Below are positions 38,602 through 48,116 of a stretch of DNA of 54,417 nt, one piece after another. The stretch spans positions 1 to 54,417 of the IMG/VR virus record IMGVR_UViG_3300009784_000001; one strand, 5' to 3'. How positions within the stretch are numbered: the stretch's first letter is position 1; every line of letters starts with the position of its first letter. The notes below the pieces were generated by a model, which saw nothing but the letters and a program-made list of their open reading frames with translations, did not search any database and was not told the DNA's origin. Source of the stretch: a virus. Lineage: Duplodnaviria > Heunggongvirae > Uroviricota > Caudoviricetes. The position numbers and the translations under genes were made by a program.

Positions 38602-38614
38602 TTTTTTTCCTATT

Positions 38615-39442
38615 TTAATTTTCAATAAATTCAACAATATCCTTTACATAATTCTCAGTTAATTCAATAATATTTACATTTTCTAATTTAGATAATTTAT
38701 AAATCATTATTGGATTATGAATAGCTGCAATAATTTGGGTATCTTCTCTCGCTTTAGATAATATATGATAAACTTGCTTTGAATTAATCAAATCCAAATT
38801 TCTGTCAGGCTCATCCATTAAAATAGTAAATTGTTTTCCATCTTTTTGATTAGCTTCATAATATTGTAAAAGTGCTTTAATTCTATTTACCCATAAATCA
38901 TTTACTCCTTTTGTAAGTTTTTTGATTTCTTCCATAGGAAATTTTCCATCATTTGTTCCACCAAACATTTCTTTAAATAATAAACCTAATGCATCCATAT
39001 TCTTTTCTCCATCACTAGTTCTTTTACTGTAAAATGCTTGACCTAAATTTACAAGTGAATTTAATGTATCATGATTTTCCATATCATTTACCCCTCTTAA
39101 ATTAAAAGTAAGAACACGATAGTCAGCTACAATTTTAACTCCATCTAAAAACTTTTCGCTATTAAAATAATCACAAAAACTAATGTTTCTTACATTTTCT
39201 ACTGTAGAAGCAAAACTCTTTTTACATAAAGTATAATGTTTAATCAAATTTAATAAAGTAGATTTACCACTTCCATTAGAACCAACTAAAATATTAACGC
39301 CCTCCTTAAATTCATATCTTTTTTGAAGTCTAAAGTTAGGAGATTCTTTTGTATATTTTCTTCCTTTTGAAGAAACAATTCCATCTTCTAAATAAGATAT
39401 AGGAGATTTTTTTGCATTTGTTATTTCAAGTAAATGTATCAT
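38615..39442 (-). CDS. stand-alone ABC-type ATPase
   Basis: GSNGSGKST, SDGE signature variant, LMDEPD, IH. Confidence 0.8.
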   Translation of the reverse strand: MIHLLEITNAKKSPISYLEDGIVSSKGRKYTKESPNFRLQKRYEFKEGVNILVGSNGSGKSTLLNLIKHYTLCKKSFASTVENVRNISFCDYFNSEKFLDGVKIVADYRVLTFNLRGVNDMENHDTLNSLVNLGQAFYSKRTSDGEKNMDALGLLFKEMFGGTNDGKFPMEEIKKLTKGVNDLWVNRIKALLQYYEANQKDGKQFTILMDEPDRNLDLINSKQVYHILSKAREDTQIIAAIHNPIMIYKLSKLENVNIIELTENYVKDIVEFIEN

Positions 39443-39463
39443 TTTTATTTATTTATTATACAA

Positions 39464-39518
39464 CAAAGGTATGAAATAAACCTCATACTCACAAGTTTTC
39501 AGTGTTAATTTTAGTTAA
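39464..39518 (-). promoter_or_regulatory. promoter with tandem TTAAC elements
   Basis: caaaggta 39464, caag 39492, gttaa 39504 and 39514. Confidence 0.8.
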
Positions 39519-39763
39519 AGATCGGAAGTATCTATATCCAATTCTTTCATTATAGCAAAACTTGGATTGAAACCAACAACTTCTCCCTTTTTTTTAGTAA
39601 CAACTTTTGAAGGAAATTCAGTAACTGCTTCTCCCATTAAAATTTTACCATGCACAATTTCTTCATTCTTTTTAGTTACAAGAATAGCGAATGTTCCTTT
39701 TTTCAAGTGTTTAACTACATAAACTCTCCCTACTTTAATTTCTTTAATTTCTAATCTTCTCAT
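39515..39763 (-). CDS. hypothetical protein
   Basis: ORF in operon. Confidence 0.6.
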   Translation of the reverse strand: MRRLEIKEIKVGRVYVVKHLKKGTFAILVTKKNEEIVHGKILMGEAVTEFPSKVVTKKKGEVVGFNPSFAIMKELDIDTSDL

Positions 39764-39789
39764 TATATTTATATTCTTTTATAATTTTT

Positions 39790-40944
39790 TTATTCTCTGG
39801 AAATATTCTCTTCTTTATTAAATAATAAAATCCCAATACTTATTCCAATATTAATAATGATTAACAAAATACTTAGCCACATTAATTGTTTTTGTGTTAA
39901 TACTGGTTTCAAATAATCAAAATCTTTAAATTCTTTTCTCTTCCAATATTTTGGCACATCACTTAATAAAGTCTTTGATAAATCAGTGAGATTAAGTTCC
40001 TTTTCTTTATATGAAAATAGATAATCATTTATCATTATTTCTAGAGTTTTATCATCACTCCATGAAAAACTATTTCCCCATAATAATTTATTACTTATAC
40101 TATCAAGTCCTACACAAATAATAAATTCATTTTTATTGCTTCCTTTCCAATAGCTTCTTTGTTTAAAAGAAACTTCCTGGGATTTATCATAAAAAGCAAG
40201 CAAATAAGTTCTGAATTGGTATGATTTTCCTAAATAACCATTAAGAAAATTCATATATTTTCCTTCTTCTGCATTACAATTCATTCCTATTATATTATTT
40301 TGACTATATCCCTTAACTTTAGGATAATCATATAACCCATATAATTTAGCTTCTTCTTTTGTTATTTTTTCTAAATTGAATATACTATAAGTTGCTTGTA
40401 TTTTATTAGTATATAAATGGGGTATTGTAATAGTCATAGAATGTTCTATCTTATTATCCCAATTATATTTTTGACAATCTCCATCAATACTGTAATAATC
40501 TCTGTGCATATCAATGAATAACATAGGAGTTTTCCATTGATTTAATAAATCATTAAAAGTACCCCTTTCAATTTCATATTCTTCATTACTGTTATCTATC
40601 ATAGTCCAGTGTTCAGGATGAGTATCTACATAAGAACAATCATAAGTTTCTGTTGTATATGTAGTATGTCCTTCTGAATCAGTCCCACTTGGTACTTCTC
40701 TTGTACAAGTTTGATAAATATATTCATCCCATCTGTCATAATGCTTGATAGAAGTAATATAATATCCCAAATATTCTGTCTTTGAAGTATTATAACTTAT
40801 CATAATAAAATTCAATAAAATACCAAATAAAACAGAAGGACCTAATATTAAAGCATATTGATAAAACAATATCTTTTTATTAAAAAATAATAACAATATA
40901 ACAATTGTTAAAATAGGTATTGTAAATGAAATTAATATATACAT
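39790..40944 (-). CDS. membrane-anchored hypothetical protein
   Basis: Two N-terminal and one C-terminal TM segments; soluble part with WDE...C...YDCSYVD.HPEHW. Confidence 0.75.
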   Translation of the reverse strand: MYILISFTIPILTIVILLLFFNKKILFYQYALILGPSVLFGILLNFIMISYNTSKTEYLGYYITSIKHYDRWDEYIYQTCTREVPSGTDSEGHTTYTTETYDCSYVDTHPEHWTMIDNSNEEYEIERGTFNDLLNQWKTPMLFIDMHRDYYSIDGDCQKYNWDNKIEHSMTITIPHLYTNKIQATYSIFNLEKITKEEAKLYGLYDYPKVKGYSQNNIIGMNCNAEEGKYMNFLNGYLGKSYQFRTYLLAFYDKSQEVSFKQRSYWKGSNKNEFIICVGLDSISNKLLWGNSFSWSDDKTLEIMINDYLFSYKEKELNLTDLSKTLLSDVPKYWKRKEFKDFDYLKPVLTQKQLMWLSILLIIINIGISIGILLFNKEENISRE

Positions 40945-40946
40945 TT

Positions 40947-41117
40947 CTAATATTCTAAATCAACTGCTTCATTAACTTCTTTTTCAATCTTTTCATAATC
41001 CCAATAAACAGAATCAGATCCATCACCATCAGCAATAAAAATATCATAAATACCATTTTTTGCTATTTCTACACCTATCATTATTAATCTTTTAATTTCT
41101 TCTTTTGTAATACCCAT
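40947..41117 (-). CDS. small hypothetical protein (56 aa)
   Basis: MGITKEEIKRLIMIGVEIAK..., first ORF after a promoter. Confidence 0.6.
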   Translation of the reverse strand: MGITKEEIKRLIMIGVEIAKNGIYDIFIADGDGSDSVYWDYEKIEKEVNEAVDLEY

Positions 41118-41140
41118 ATTATTTAATTTTAATTATACAA

Positions 41141-41185
41141 CAAAGGTACGAAATAATTCCGTACCTTACAAGATTTTAATGTTAA
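41141..41185 (-). promoter_or_regulatory. promoter with TTAAC element
   Basis: caaaggta 41141, caag 41169, gttaa 41181. Confidence 0.8.
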
Positions 41186-41199
41186 AAAATATTAATTAT

Positions 41200-42099
41200 T
41201 TATTTACATACCTCGTTCATAATTGTATCAATATCATCTACATATCTATGAAATTTATCACTTTTTCTAATGTCAGGAGTTCTTCTATCAAAATTTATAT
41301 CAATTATTTTATAAATTGTACAAGGATTTGCTGTTAAGATATATATTCTGTTTGACATATATACATTTTCTTCTATATTGTGTCCTACATTAATAAATGT
41401 TCGATCCAAGTCAGGATAATTGTAACATAAATCTACAAGAATATCTTGAAATTCTCTCTTCATCTTTATATCCAGTCCTGAACTTGCTTCATCAAGTAAC
41501 AAAATTCTACTATTACAATTTAATGAACGCCCAATAGCTACTCTTTGTTTCTGTCCTCCTGATAATTGATTAGGATATTTGAAAGCGTGTTCTTCCAATC
41601 CCACTAATCTTAACATTTGCCAAGTTTTTTCTTCTCTTTCTTTTTTAGGTACTTTTTGAATTTCCAAAGGAATAACAACATTATCAAATACATTTCTCCA
41701 AGGATAACTACTATAATTTTGAAAGATTAATGGGACAGATTGATCATCTTTCAGGCTTTCTCCATTTATTTTAATAAAACCTTGATCTGGTTCTTGTAAT
41801 CCAGCTATCATGTTCAATATGGTAGATTTTCCACATCCTGATTGTCCCATTATAGAAATAAATTGGGGTTCATTTTGAAAATCTTCTATATTTAAATTGA
41901 AATTTTCAAAAACAACTTTCTTTTTTCCATCAGGCATGCTAAAAGAAAGATTGATATTCTCCAAATTGATTATATCATTTTTTCCTGAATCCTTTTCTTT
42001 AACTTCAATAGTTTGTGAAGGAACAGTTTCTTTTTCAGGGACTGGGGTGGAAGAAGATTGAATTAAATCCTTAAAACTATTACTACTAAGTGTTGCCAT
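41200..42099 (-). CDS. ABC transporter ATP-binding subunit (NitT/TauT-like)
   Basis: GQSGCGKST, FQ.YS..PW, LSGGQKQR, LLLDEA, VGH. Confidence 0.9.
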   Translation of the reverse strand: MATLSSNSFKDLIQSSSTPVPEKETVPSQTIEVKEKDSGKNDIINLENINLSFSMPDGKKKVVFENFNLNIEDFQNEPQFISIMGQSGCGKSTILNMIAGLQEPDQGFIKINGESLKDDQSVPLIFQNYSSYPWRNVFDNVVIPLEIQKVPKKEREEKTWQMLRLVGLEEHAFKYPNQLSGGQKQRVAIGRSLNCNSRILLLDEASSGLDIKMKREFQDILVDLCYNYPDLDRTFINVGHNIEENVYMSNRIYILTANPCTIYKIIDINFDRRTPDIRKSDKFHRYVDDIDTIMNEVCK

Positions 42100-42104
42100 A
42101 TCTG

Positions 42105-42470
42105 TTATTTTTTATCAACTAAAATTATTTTTTTAACTATTGAAATAAACTTTCTTATTAAAGAAAGTTTTTCATATTTGTAAGGAAAAAATGTTGCATC
42201 TAATTCTCTCAATATAAAATCTTGTGTAATACCAGTTAATACAATTGTAAATAATACACCATATACCAATGGAACAAGTGATTGCCTGTTTAGATTATAA
42301 ATCATTGCTCCTACTCCGCCTTCTTTATTTAATGTTTCACAAATTACCACATACGTCCAAGATATAGCAGTGAGATAAATAATATCTGTAAAAACTTTTC
42401 CAATTACATAAGGAAAATAAACTTTTGTGAACTTTTGTAAATCATTTTCTCTTGGTCTGTACCAATTTGA
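42105..42470 (-). pseudogene. C-terminal remnant of an ABC permease (NitT/TauT-like)
   Basis: Frame reads *SNWYRPRENDLQKFTKVYFPYV...ISWTYVVICE...GGVGAMI; the N-terminal half and start codon are missing. Confidence 0.75.
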
Positions 42471-42528
42471 TTATGTAGATTTTTATGAATTAATCTATTA
42501 GATATACAAAACATTTATTCTTTAATTT

Positions 42529-42708
42529 TTATTATATTATTTTCGCTTTTATAATTAAAATAGTCAAAATAGTACAAAGAATAGTCATACCAATCCAAAA
42601 AGCTATCACCTTTTTCTTATTTTCTATTATTCCTAAGAAAAATAAAAAAATTCCATTAATTCCACTTACAAATGCACATATTAAAAATATCCCAATCCAC
42701 TCTTTCAT
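42529..42708 (-). CDS. small membrane protein (59 aa)
   Basis: MKEWIGIFLICAFV..., two hydrophobic stretches; below the ORF-track cutoff. Confidence 0.55.
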
Positions 42709-42720
42709 ATTTTTTTCAGT

Positions 42721-42996
42721 TTAAAATACCCACCTATATTTTTTTTTCAAGTTAAAAAATTTGCCTTTAAAAATAAAACCATGTTTTCCATTTTTCATAT
42801 CTTTTTTTAATAGAAAATGAGGTCCAATTTTACATAATTTATTATTTCGATAAGCTGCCACATAATGAAGACCATAATCATCAATTAAAACAAGTTCCTT
42901 ATCCTTATTAGTAGAATGTTTTATTCCTGGATAATATAAGGGGCATATAAAATATAGTAATGGTACACTTCTATTTTTATCAAATTTCTTACTCAT
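42721..42996 (-). CDS. hypothetical protein
   Basis: ORF in operon. Confidence 0.55.
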   Translation of the reverse strand: MSKKFDKNRSVPLLYFICPLYYPGIKHSTNKDKELVLIDDYGLHYVAAYRNNKLCKIGPHFLLKKDMKNGKHGFIFKGKFFNLKKKYRWVF

Positions 42997-43001
42997 TTTT
43001 A

Positions 43002-44375
43002 TTATAATTTAAATGTTCCTTTTAAATGCTTAAATGCTTCTTCCTGTGTTAAATTAGGATTACTATAGCATAATTTTTTTACATAATTCAACATTTCTTT
43101 AATTTCTTTTCCTGGAGATAAATTGAAATAACTCATTATTATATTTCCATTCAAAGGTAAATCAATTTTATATTTAAGATTTAATCCCAATTCATTAATT
43201 TTCATTATTAAATGAAGTATCTGATGAGGTAAACAATATTCAGGAGCATGACTATTGTTATCAGCATCAATTAATTGAAAAACTTCATTTCTTCTTTCTC
43301 CCAAATCATCTACTAATTTTCTGATACTTTTATCTTTTACCTTTTCACAATCAGTTCCAAATGACTTTGTTCTCATATGGTTTTCAATAAGAAAACACAC
43401 ATCTTCTATATACTCATTTGAGTATTTCAGACGCTTTAAAATAGCTTTTGCCATTTTTGCTGATTCCAATTCATGTTTATAGAAATGAATATCCCCATTT
43501 TCTTCAACAGTTTTACATTGAGGCTTTGCAATATCATGTAATAAAGCAGCCAATCTGACTTTTAAATTTGCAGGGGTTTTATCTAAAACATCCATTGTAT
43601 GTTCAAATACATCCTTATTATGATATTTGTTCTGTTTTACTCCTTCACATAATTCTAATTCAGGAATTATGTAATGCATCAAATTTCTATTAATTAAATA
43701 AATTATTCCTTGACTTGGAAGAGGTAAAAGTAAAATTTTATTTAACTCATCCTGGATTCTTTCAATAGATATTGAAGATAAACGGTAAGCATTTTTCTTT
43801 ATTCCCTCATCAGTTTCTCTACTTATACAAAAACCAAATTTGCGAGCCTGCCTAACCGCTCTCATTAAACGCAAAGGATCATCAAAAAATACCCTGTCTG
43901 GATTCCCAATACAAGTTATTACTCCTTTTTTAATATCTTCTCTTCCTTTTCCTGTCAAATCTAATACTTCTCCTGTTGAAACATTCTTCAATAAAGAATT
44001 AATTGTAAAATCTCTTCTTTCAACATCTTCTATTAAACTTCCTTGTGATGTTTCAGGTTTTCTTGAATCTTCTGTATATATTTCTTTACGAGGCATCACA
44101 CATTCAATATCTTCTCCTTGAAATACAAATTTCGCAGTTCCAAATCTTGGAAAGATAACAGGATTACTTTCTTCTTTATAGATACCTTTTTCTTTACAAA
44201 ACCATTCCGCAAATTCAATACCACCATTAGGACAATTAATGAGTAAATCCATATCTTTTGGAGGTAATCCCATAATTTCATCTCTAACAAAACCCCCAGC
44301 AAGATACACTTTATTTTCATAAATTGTACCTTTAATTGTATCTTTTATATCCTTAATTATCGTTGTTGTATTCAT
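43002..44375 (-). CDS. cca: CCA-adding tRNA nucleotidyltransferase with HD domain
   Basis: AGGFVRD...KDMD, D..RRDFTINS, DDPLRLMRA, ERIQDE, DVFEHT, LLHDIAKP. Confidence 0.88.
   Translation of the reverse strand: MNTTTIIKDIKDTIKGTIYENKVYLAGGFVRDEIMGLPPKDMDLLINCPNGGIEFAEWFCKEKGIYKEESNPVIFPRFGTAKFVFQGEDIECVMPRKEIYTEDSRKPETSQGSLIEDVERRDFTINSLLKNVSTGEVLDLTGKGREDIKKGVITCIGNPDRVFFDDPLRLMRAVRQARKFGFCISRETDEGIKKNAYRLSSISIERIQDELNKILLLPLPSQGIIYLINRNLMHYIIPELELCEGVKQNKYHNKDVFEHTMDVLDKTPANLKVRLAALLHDIAKPQCKTVEENGDIHFYKHELESAKMAKAILKRLKYSNEYIEDVCFLIENHMRTKSFGTDCEKVKDKSIRKLVDDLGERRNEVFQLIDADNNSHAPEYCLPHQILHLIMKINELGLNLKYKIDLPLNGNIIMSYFNLSPGKEIKEMLNYVKKLCYSNPNLTQEEAFKHLKGTFKL
43410..43425. repeat. 16-bp near-palindrome, copy 1 (inverted)
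   Basis: ATACTCATTTGAGTAT inside the cca CDS. Confidence 0.85.
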
Positions 44376-44378
44376 TTG

Positions 44379-44807
44379 TTAATATTTGAGAATTTTATCA
44401 ATAAAATCATCAGAAAATTCAAGTTCAGATAATATATCAAGTTCTTTTGCTACATAGAATAAAAATTCATGTATAGTAAATTTATAAGAATTGGTATAAG
44501 GAGTTTTAGGCATTTCTTTTCCCTTTTCTTGATAAAACTTATAAGCATCTCCTATTTTTTCTTTTGGTGTATAATCTTCCAAAATAAAACCAATATAATC
44601 TTCATTGTTAATTACATCTTTAATTCCAGGAAATGCTTCAAATGCTCTTGTATAGGAATTTATATTTTCATAACGATTATAACACCATTCTACAAGTTCT
44701 TTATATTTTTCTTTTGAAATTCCTGCCAGAGAAGGAGAAAATAATTTAAATCCTTTTCCATGTAATTCTTTATTGATATGAAGTGCCTTATTAAAATTAT
44801 CTTCCAT
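44379..44807 (-). CDS. hypothetical protein
   Basis: ORF in operon. Confidence 0.65.
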   Translation of the reverse strand: MEDNFNKALHINKELHGKGFKLFSPSLAGISKEKYKELVEWCYNRYENINSYTRAFEAFPGIKDVINNEDYIGFILEDYTPKEKIGDAYKFYQEKGKEMPKTPYTNSYKFTIHEFLFYVAKELDILSELEFSDDFIDKILKY

Positions 44808-44973
44808 ATTTTTGTTTTAATTCTGTATAATTATTAATTACATAACAATATTCATTTCTTGAACAGTGCATCATTACTGCCACAGAAGCCCATTCAATAA
44901 TCATATTGAATTGACCACTTTTACGAATTTTTTCATATGCCTTAAACAATTCTTCTTCTTTTTTTATTTCCAT
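44797..44973 (-). CDS. small protein, DUF5049-like (58 aa)
   Basis: YEKIRKSGQFNM motif; below the ORF-track cutoff. Confidence 0.55.
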   Translation of the reverse strand: MEIKKEEELFKAYEKIRKSGQFNMIIEWASVAVMMHCSRNEYCYVINNYTELKQKYGR

Positions 44974-44984
44974 TTTTTTTTATT

Positions 44985-45000
44985 ATACTCAAATGAGTAT
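44985..45000. repeat. 16-bp near-palindrome, copy 2
   Basis: ATACTCAAATGAGTAT, intergenic. Confidence 0.85.
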
Positions 45001-45001
45001 A

Positions 45002-45247
45002 TTATCTTGTTATACTTTCTACTAATCCTTCAATTCCCTGTTTCACCCATGCCAGTTTTCCTATTTGAATTAAATCTTGTAAGAAAACACTGGCATTATC
45101 TTTATAAGATTGTTTTATATCACTTCTTCCATTGGAAATAATAAGTCTTAATACTTGCTCATATTCTCCATTTTTAACAAGTTCTTTTAAAGCTCTGTTA
45201 GCCCTTTTTATTCTAATTCTTTTTTGAATTTTTTCTAAATCACTCAT
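45002..45247 (-). CDS. hypothetical protein
   Basis: ORF in operon. Confidence 0.6.
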   Translation of the reverse strand: MSDLEKIQKRIRIKRANRALKELVKNGEYEQVLRLIISNGRSDIKQSYKDNASVFLQDLIQIGKLAWVKQGIEGLVESITR

Positions 45248-45833
45248 CTATAAATTTTATTCTTTGATATTCATTATTACTTACAATTCTTTTTTCTATA
45301 AAATCTTGTGATACATAATCCCTATTACATGCTCTTTCTGTCTTATAATAAGTAGTATATCCATTTGAAGTCAATACATAAATTGTTTTATCTCCTCCAT
45401 CTGTTTTATTGTTAGCATAATAAATATCAAATTCATTTTTTATCCATTCTGCCATTTGTAAGAATTTTCCATATTTTACTTTGAAAGAAACATCATATTT
45501 ATCTTGATAGATTGTTCCTTTAGTGTCCATATTAACAATTCCAATGCTGTTCATAGAAACTTGTTCCCATTTTACAGCACAAATTTCATCACTGTTTCTA
45601 TGTTCAAAAAAACAAATATTTAACTGTTTAGCAAATGGAACTACAAGAGAACAAATATAACCTTGTTCTCTACCATTTTCCCAACGAGCTACTTCAATAG
45701 TAACATCATGTTTATTTGTTTTTTCATTATAACTTGCTTCAATTTTACCATCATTTAATCCTTGTAAACAGACTAAAACTGCTCTTGATTGCCAATGGGC
45801 GCCATCTTGCATGTAATTACTTAATTCTATCAT
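45240..45833 (-). CDS. hypothetical protein
   Basis: WENGREQGY, EHRNSD motifs; first ORF after promoter. Confidence 0.7.
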   Translation of the reverse strand: MIELSNYMQDGAHWQSRAVLVCLQGLNDGKIEASYNEKTNKHDVTIEVARWENGREQGYICSLVVPFAKQLNICFFEHRNSDEICAVKWEQVSMNSIGIVNMDTKGTIYQDKYDVSFKVKYGKFLQMAEWIKNEFDIYYANNKTDGGDKTIYVLTSNGYTTYYKTERACNRDYVSQDFIEKRIVSNNEYQRIKFIDE

Positions 45834-45857
45834 ATTTTTTATTTTTTAATTGTAATA

Positions 45858-45903
45858 CAAAGGTAAGAATTTATTTTAAATTATCTCTTATTTTAAGAGT
45901 TAA
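45858..45903 (-). promoter_or_regulatory. promoter with TTAAC element
   Basis: caaaggta 45858, gttaa 45899; -33 box poor. Confidence 0.6.
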
Positions 45904-45917
45904 TTAATCTTAATAAA

Positions 45918-46289
45918 TTATAAATCAATGTTTTCTTGAGAAAAATTTCCATCTTTTACAGAAATACGTTCAACAGTATCTCCGCCTTCCCATATTGCTA
46001 CTGCTTCCAACTCTCCTGTAGATTGTTTAAGAGCATCTTTGAAAACATCATGTATATAACTACCTGAACATTCCCCATACATATCTATTTTAGAAACATA
46101 CAAATTTCCTTCTTTCAACGTTCCTTCAATACTTTGTTCTCCACCACATTCTACCATTACTTCCATAGTATCAACATTTTTAACATTTACAGTAGCTTCC
46201 CACTTTTTACTTTTATTTTCTAATGCTTTTATTGGAATAATCAAGTTATTCAATTTCTTTACTTTGAATGATGTAATATTATAACTCAT
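45918..46289 (-). CDS. hypothetical protein
   Basis: ORF in operon. Confidence 0.65.
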   Translation of the reverse strand: MSYNITSFKVKKLNNLIIPIKALENKSKKWEATVNVKNVDTMEVMVECGGEQSIEGTLKEGNLYVSKIDMYGECSGSYIHDVFKDALKQSTGELEAVAIWEGGDTVERISVKDGNFSQENIDL

Positions 46290-46294
46290 AATTA

Positions 46295-46456
46295 TTATTT
46301 TTCAAAACATTTTTCTGCAAATTCTTCAATTTCTTTTTGAATGTAATCATCATCAAAATCTACTGTATGAAATCCTTTTACTTCTATAACAAAACTATTT
46401 TCTTTTGCTATGTCTACTCCATACTTCAAAATCTCAAGTATTAATTCTTTTGTCAT
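46295..46456 (-). CDS. small hypothetical protein (53 aa)
   Basis: MTKELILEILKYGVDIAK..., resembles 40947..41117. Confidence 0.55.
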   Translation of the reverse strand: MTKELILEILKYGVDIAKENSFVIEVKGFHTVDFDDDYIQKEIEEFAEKCFEK

Positions 46457-46476
46457 TATCTTTATTATTTATACTA

Positions 46477-46521
46477 CAAATATAATACTTTAGTTTCATT
46501 CCACCAAGGGAATAATGTTAA
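46477..46521 (-). promoter_or_regulatory. promoter with TTAAC element
   Basis: caaatata 46477, caag 46505, gttaa 46517. Confidence 0.75.
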
Positions 46522-46560
46522 ATAATCTTAATAATTAAATATTTATATCTAAAACTAAAA

Positions 46561-47625
46561 ATGAAAAAAGTTATTATCACTGAACAACAATATAAAAATA
46601 TTATACTACAATTAAATGAAAATGAACAAGATGAGGGTTTTGGTTTTCAAAATAATAATGGTATAACTACTATGAAGTATTTACCAAACAAAAATTCAAA
46701 AGCTGATACCCATATGTTTGATGATAATAAAAATTTCAAATATAATATTACTGTTCTTCCAAAAAGTGGAGTTACTTCTATAAATCTTTATGATATAACC
46801 GCAGGCTCACAAGTTACTCGCCCATTAAAACATCACCAAACAGATGATCCAAGAAATCCTCAACCTGTTGAGTTTGATAAATCAATGGATCAATTTTTCA
46901 GCAAAACTATTTCATATATCTATCATATAATTAGAAATAAATCAATAGATTATATGGTAAGTCCTCAATCTTCTTCTACTTTTAATAAGGATATTTTAAC
47001 AAAAGTAAAAGCAAAGTTTGGAAATACTGTGGGTATTCAAGTTATTCCTGAATTATTACAAAAAGATATTAAACAAATCTATGTAAATGTAGATATTGCA
47101 AAAGAAATAGGTTTAACTGACCAAGAAATTTATGAACTTCAATCAAAAATTGAAAAATGGAAAAGAGATGAAGATATAAGAAAAGTAAGAAAAGAAATAG
47201 AACAACTTAAACAAGAAGTATCTCAAATGGTTACAGGAAAAAGAGGACGACCTTCCGCAGAACTGGTTAATAAACGTAATTTAATTCAAAATAAAACAGA
47301 ACAAATTCCATTATTAAGAAAAGGACAAAAAGGGGTAGATCCTACAATAAGAAATGGAAAAGTAAGGGATTGGCAAATAAAAAGTTTGGATGATAAAACA
47401 AGAAAAGCAATAGAAAATATTTTTTCAATTGCTCCTGCTTATCAAAATAAATTATATAAATTTAAAGGGAAAAATATATTTGTTTGGGATGATAACATTT
47501 CTTCAGGTGCTACATTGGATGACATATGTTTAACACTTCAAAAAATTGGAGCTAATGAAATTACTGCAATGACATTAGGAGTAATTAATCCAACAAAATA
47601 TGGTAAAGATAGATGGGGAGGTTAA
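46561..47625 (+). CDS. type I phosphoribosyltransferase-domain protein
   Basis: C-terminal IFVWDDNISSGATL PRPP loop; lone + strand gene in a - strand block. Confidence 0.7.
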   Translation: MKKVIITEQQYKNIILQLNENEQDEGFGFQNNNGITTMKYLPNKNSKADTHMFDDNKNFKYNITVLPKSGVTSINLYDITAGSQVTRPLKHHQTDDPRNPQPVEFDKSMDQFFSKTISYIYHIIRNKSIDYMVSPQSSSTFNKDILTKVKAKFGNTVGIQVIPELLQKDIKQIYVNVDIAKEIGLTDQEIYELQSKIEKWKRDEDIRKVRKEIEQLKQEVSQMVTGKRGRPSAELVNKRNLIQNKTEQIPLLRKGQKGVDPTIRNGKVRDWQIKSLDDKTRKAIENIFSIAPAYQNKLYKFKGKNIFVWDDNISSGATLDDICLTLQKIGANEITAMTLGVINPTKYGKDRWGG

Positions 47626-48116
47626 CTAATTCTTTTAAAGAAATCCCAAAATTTTTCTTTTTCCTCTTTTATTGATAAAGGAATAGCAGCTTCTGGTTTA
47701 TTTGTACCTTTTGGAAATTTTATATTTTTAATATTTTCTACTGAATTCAAAAAATTTTCTGGATTACTCAAAGTATCTTTTATTAACATTTCAATTTTTA
47801 TTCTTCCATTTGGATTAGCAGATTGAATACTATATGGTGGAAAATTTATTGAATGAGTTAAACAATACTTTAATAAAAATACACAACAATCAAATCCATT
47901 TCCATTTGGATCTCCTAAATCATGATCAAAGCAAATTGCAGCAGGAACCCCATTTTCCTCAATCCAATTACAAAAGTCATCATAACTCTTAATCCATTCT
48001 ACTTTTACATTTTTCCCTATTGGACTAAACATATTAATCCAAGTGTCAGGTTTTCCTACAGGTTTTTTAAAAGGATTTCTTTTATCATCTAACCATAAAA
48101 GTATATTTATTATCAT
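47622..48116 (-). CDS. cyclic-phosphate-processing receiver-like domain protein
   Basis: LWLDD.R.P, FDHDLG, GFDC...L, IQSANP.GR..I. Confidence 0.7.
   Translation of the reverse strand: MIINILLWLDDKRNPFKKPVGKPDTWINMFSPIGKNVKVEWIKSYDDFCNWIEENGVPAAICFDHDLGDPNGNGFDCCVFLLKYCLTHSINFPPYSIQSANPNGRIKIEMLIKDTLSNPENFLNSVENIKNIKFPKGTNKPEAAIPLSIKEEKEKFWDFFKRIS

Noticed and set aside
42105-42350. Functional 81-aa permease starting at GTG 42350
   Set aside because: Permease similarity continues upstream of this codon to an in-frame stop, so it is a fragment.
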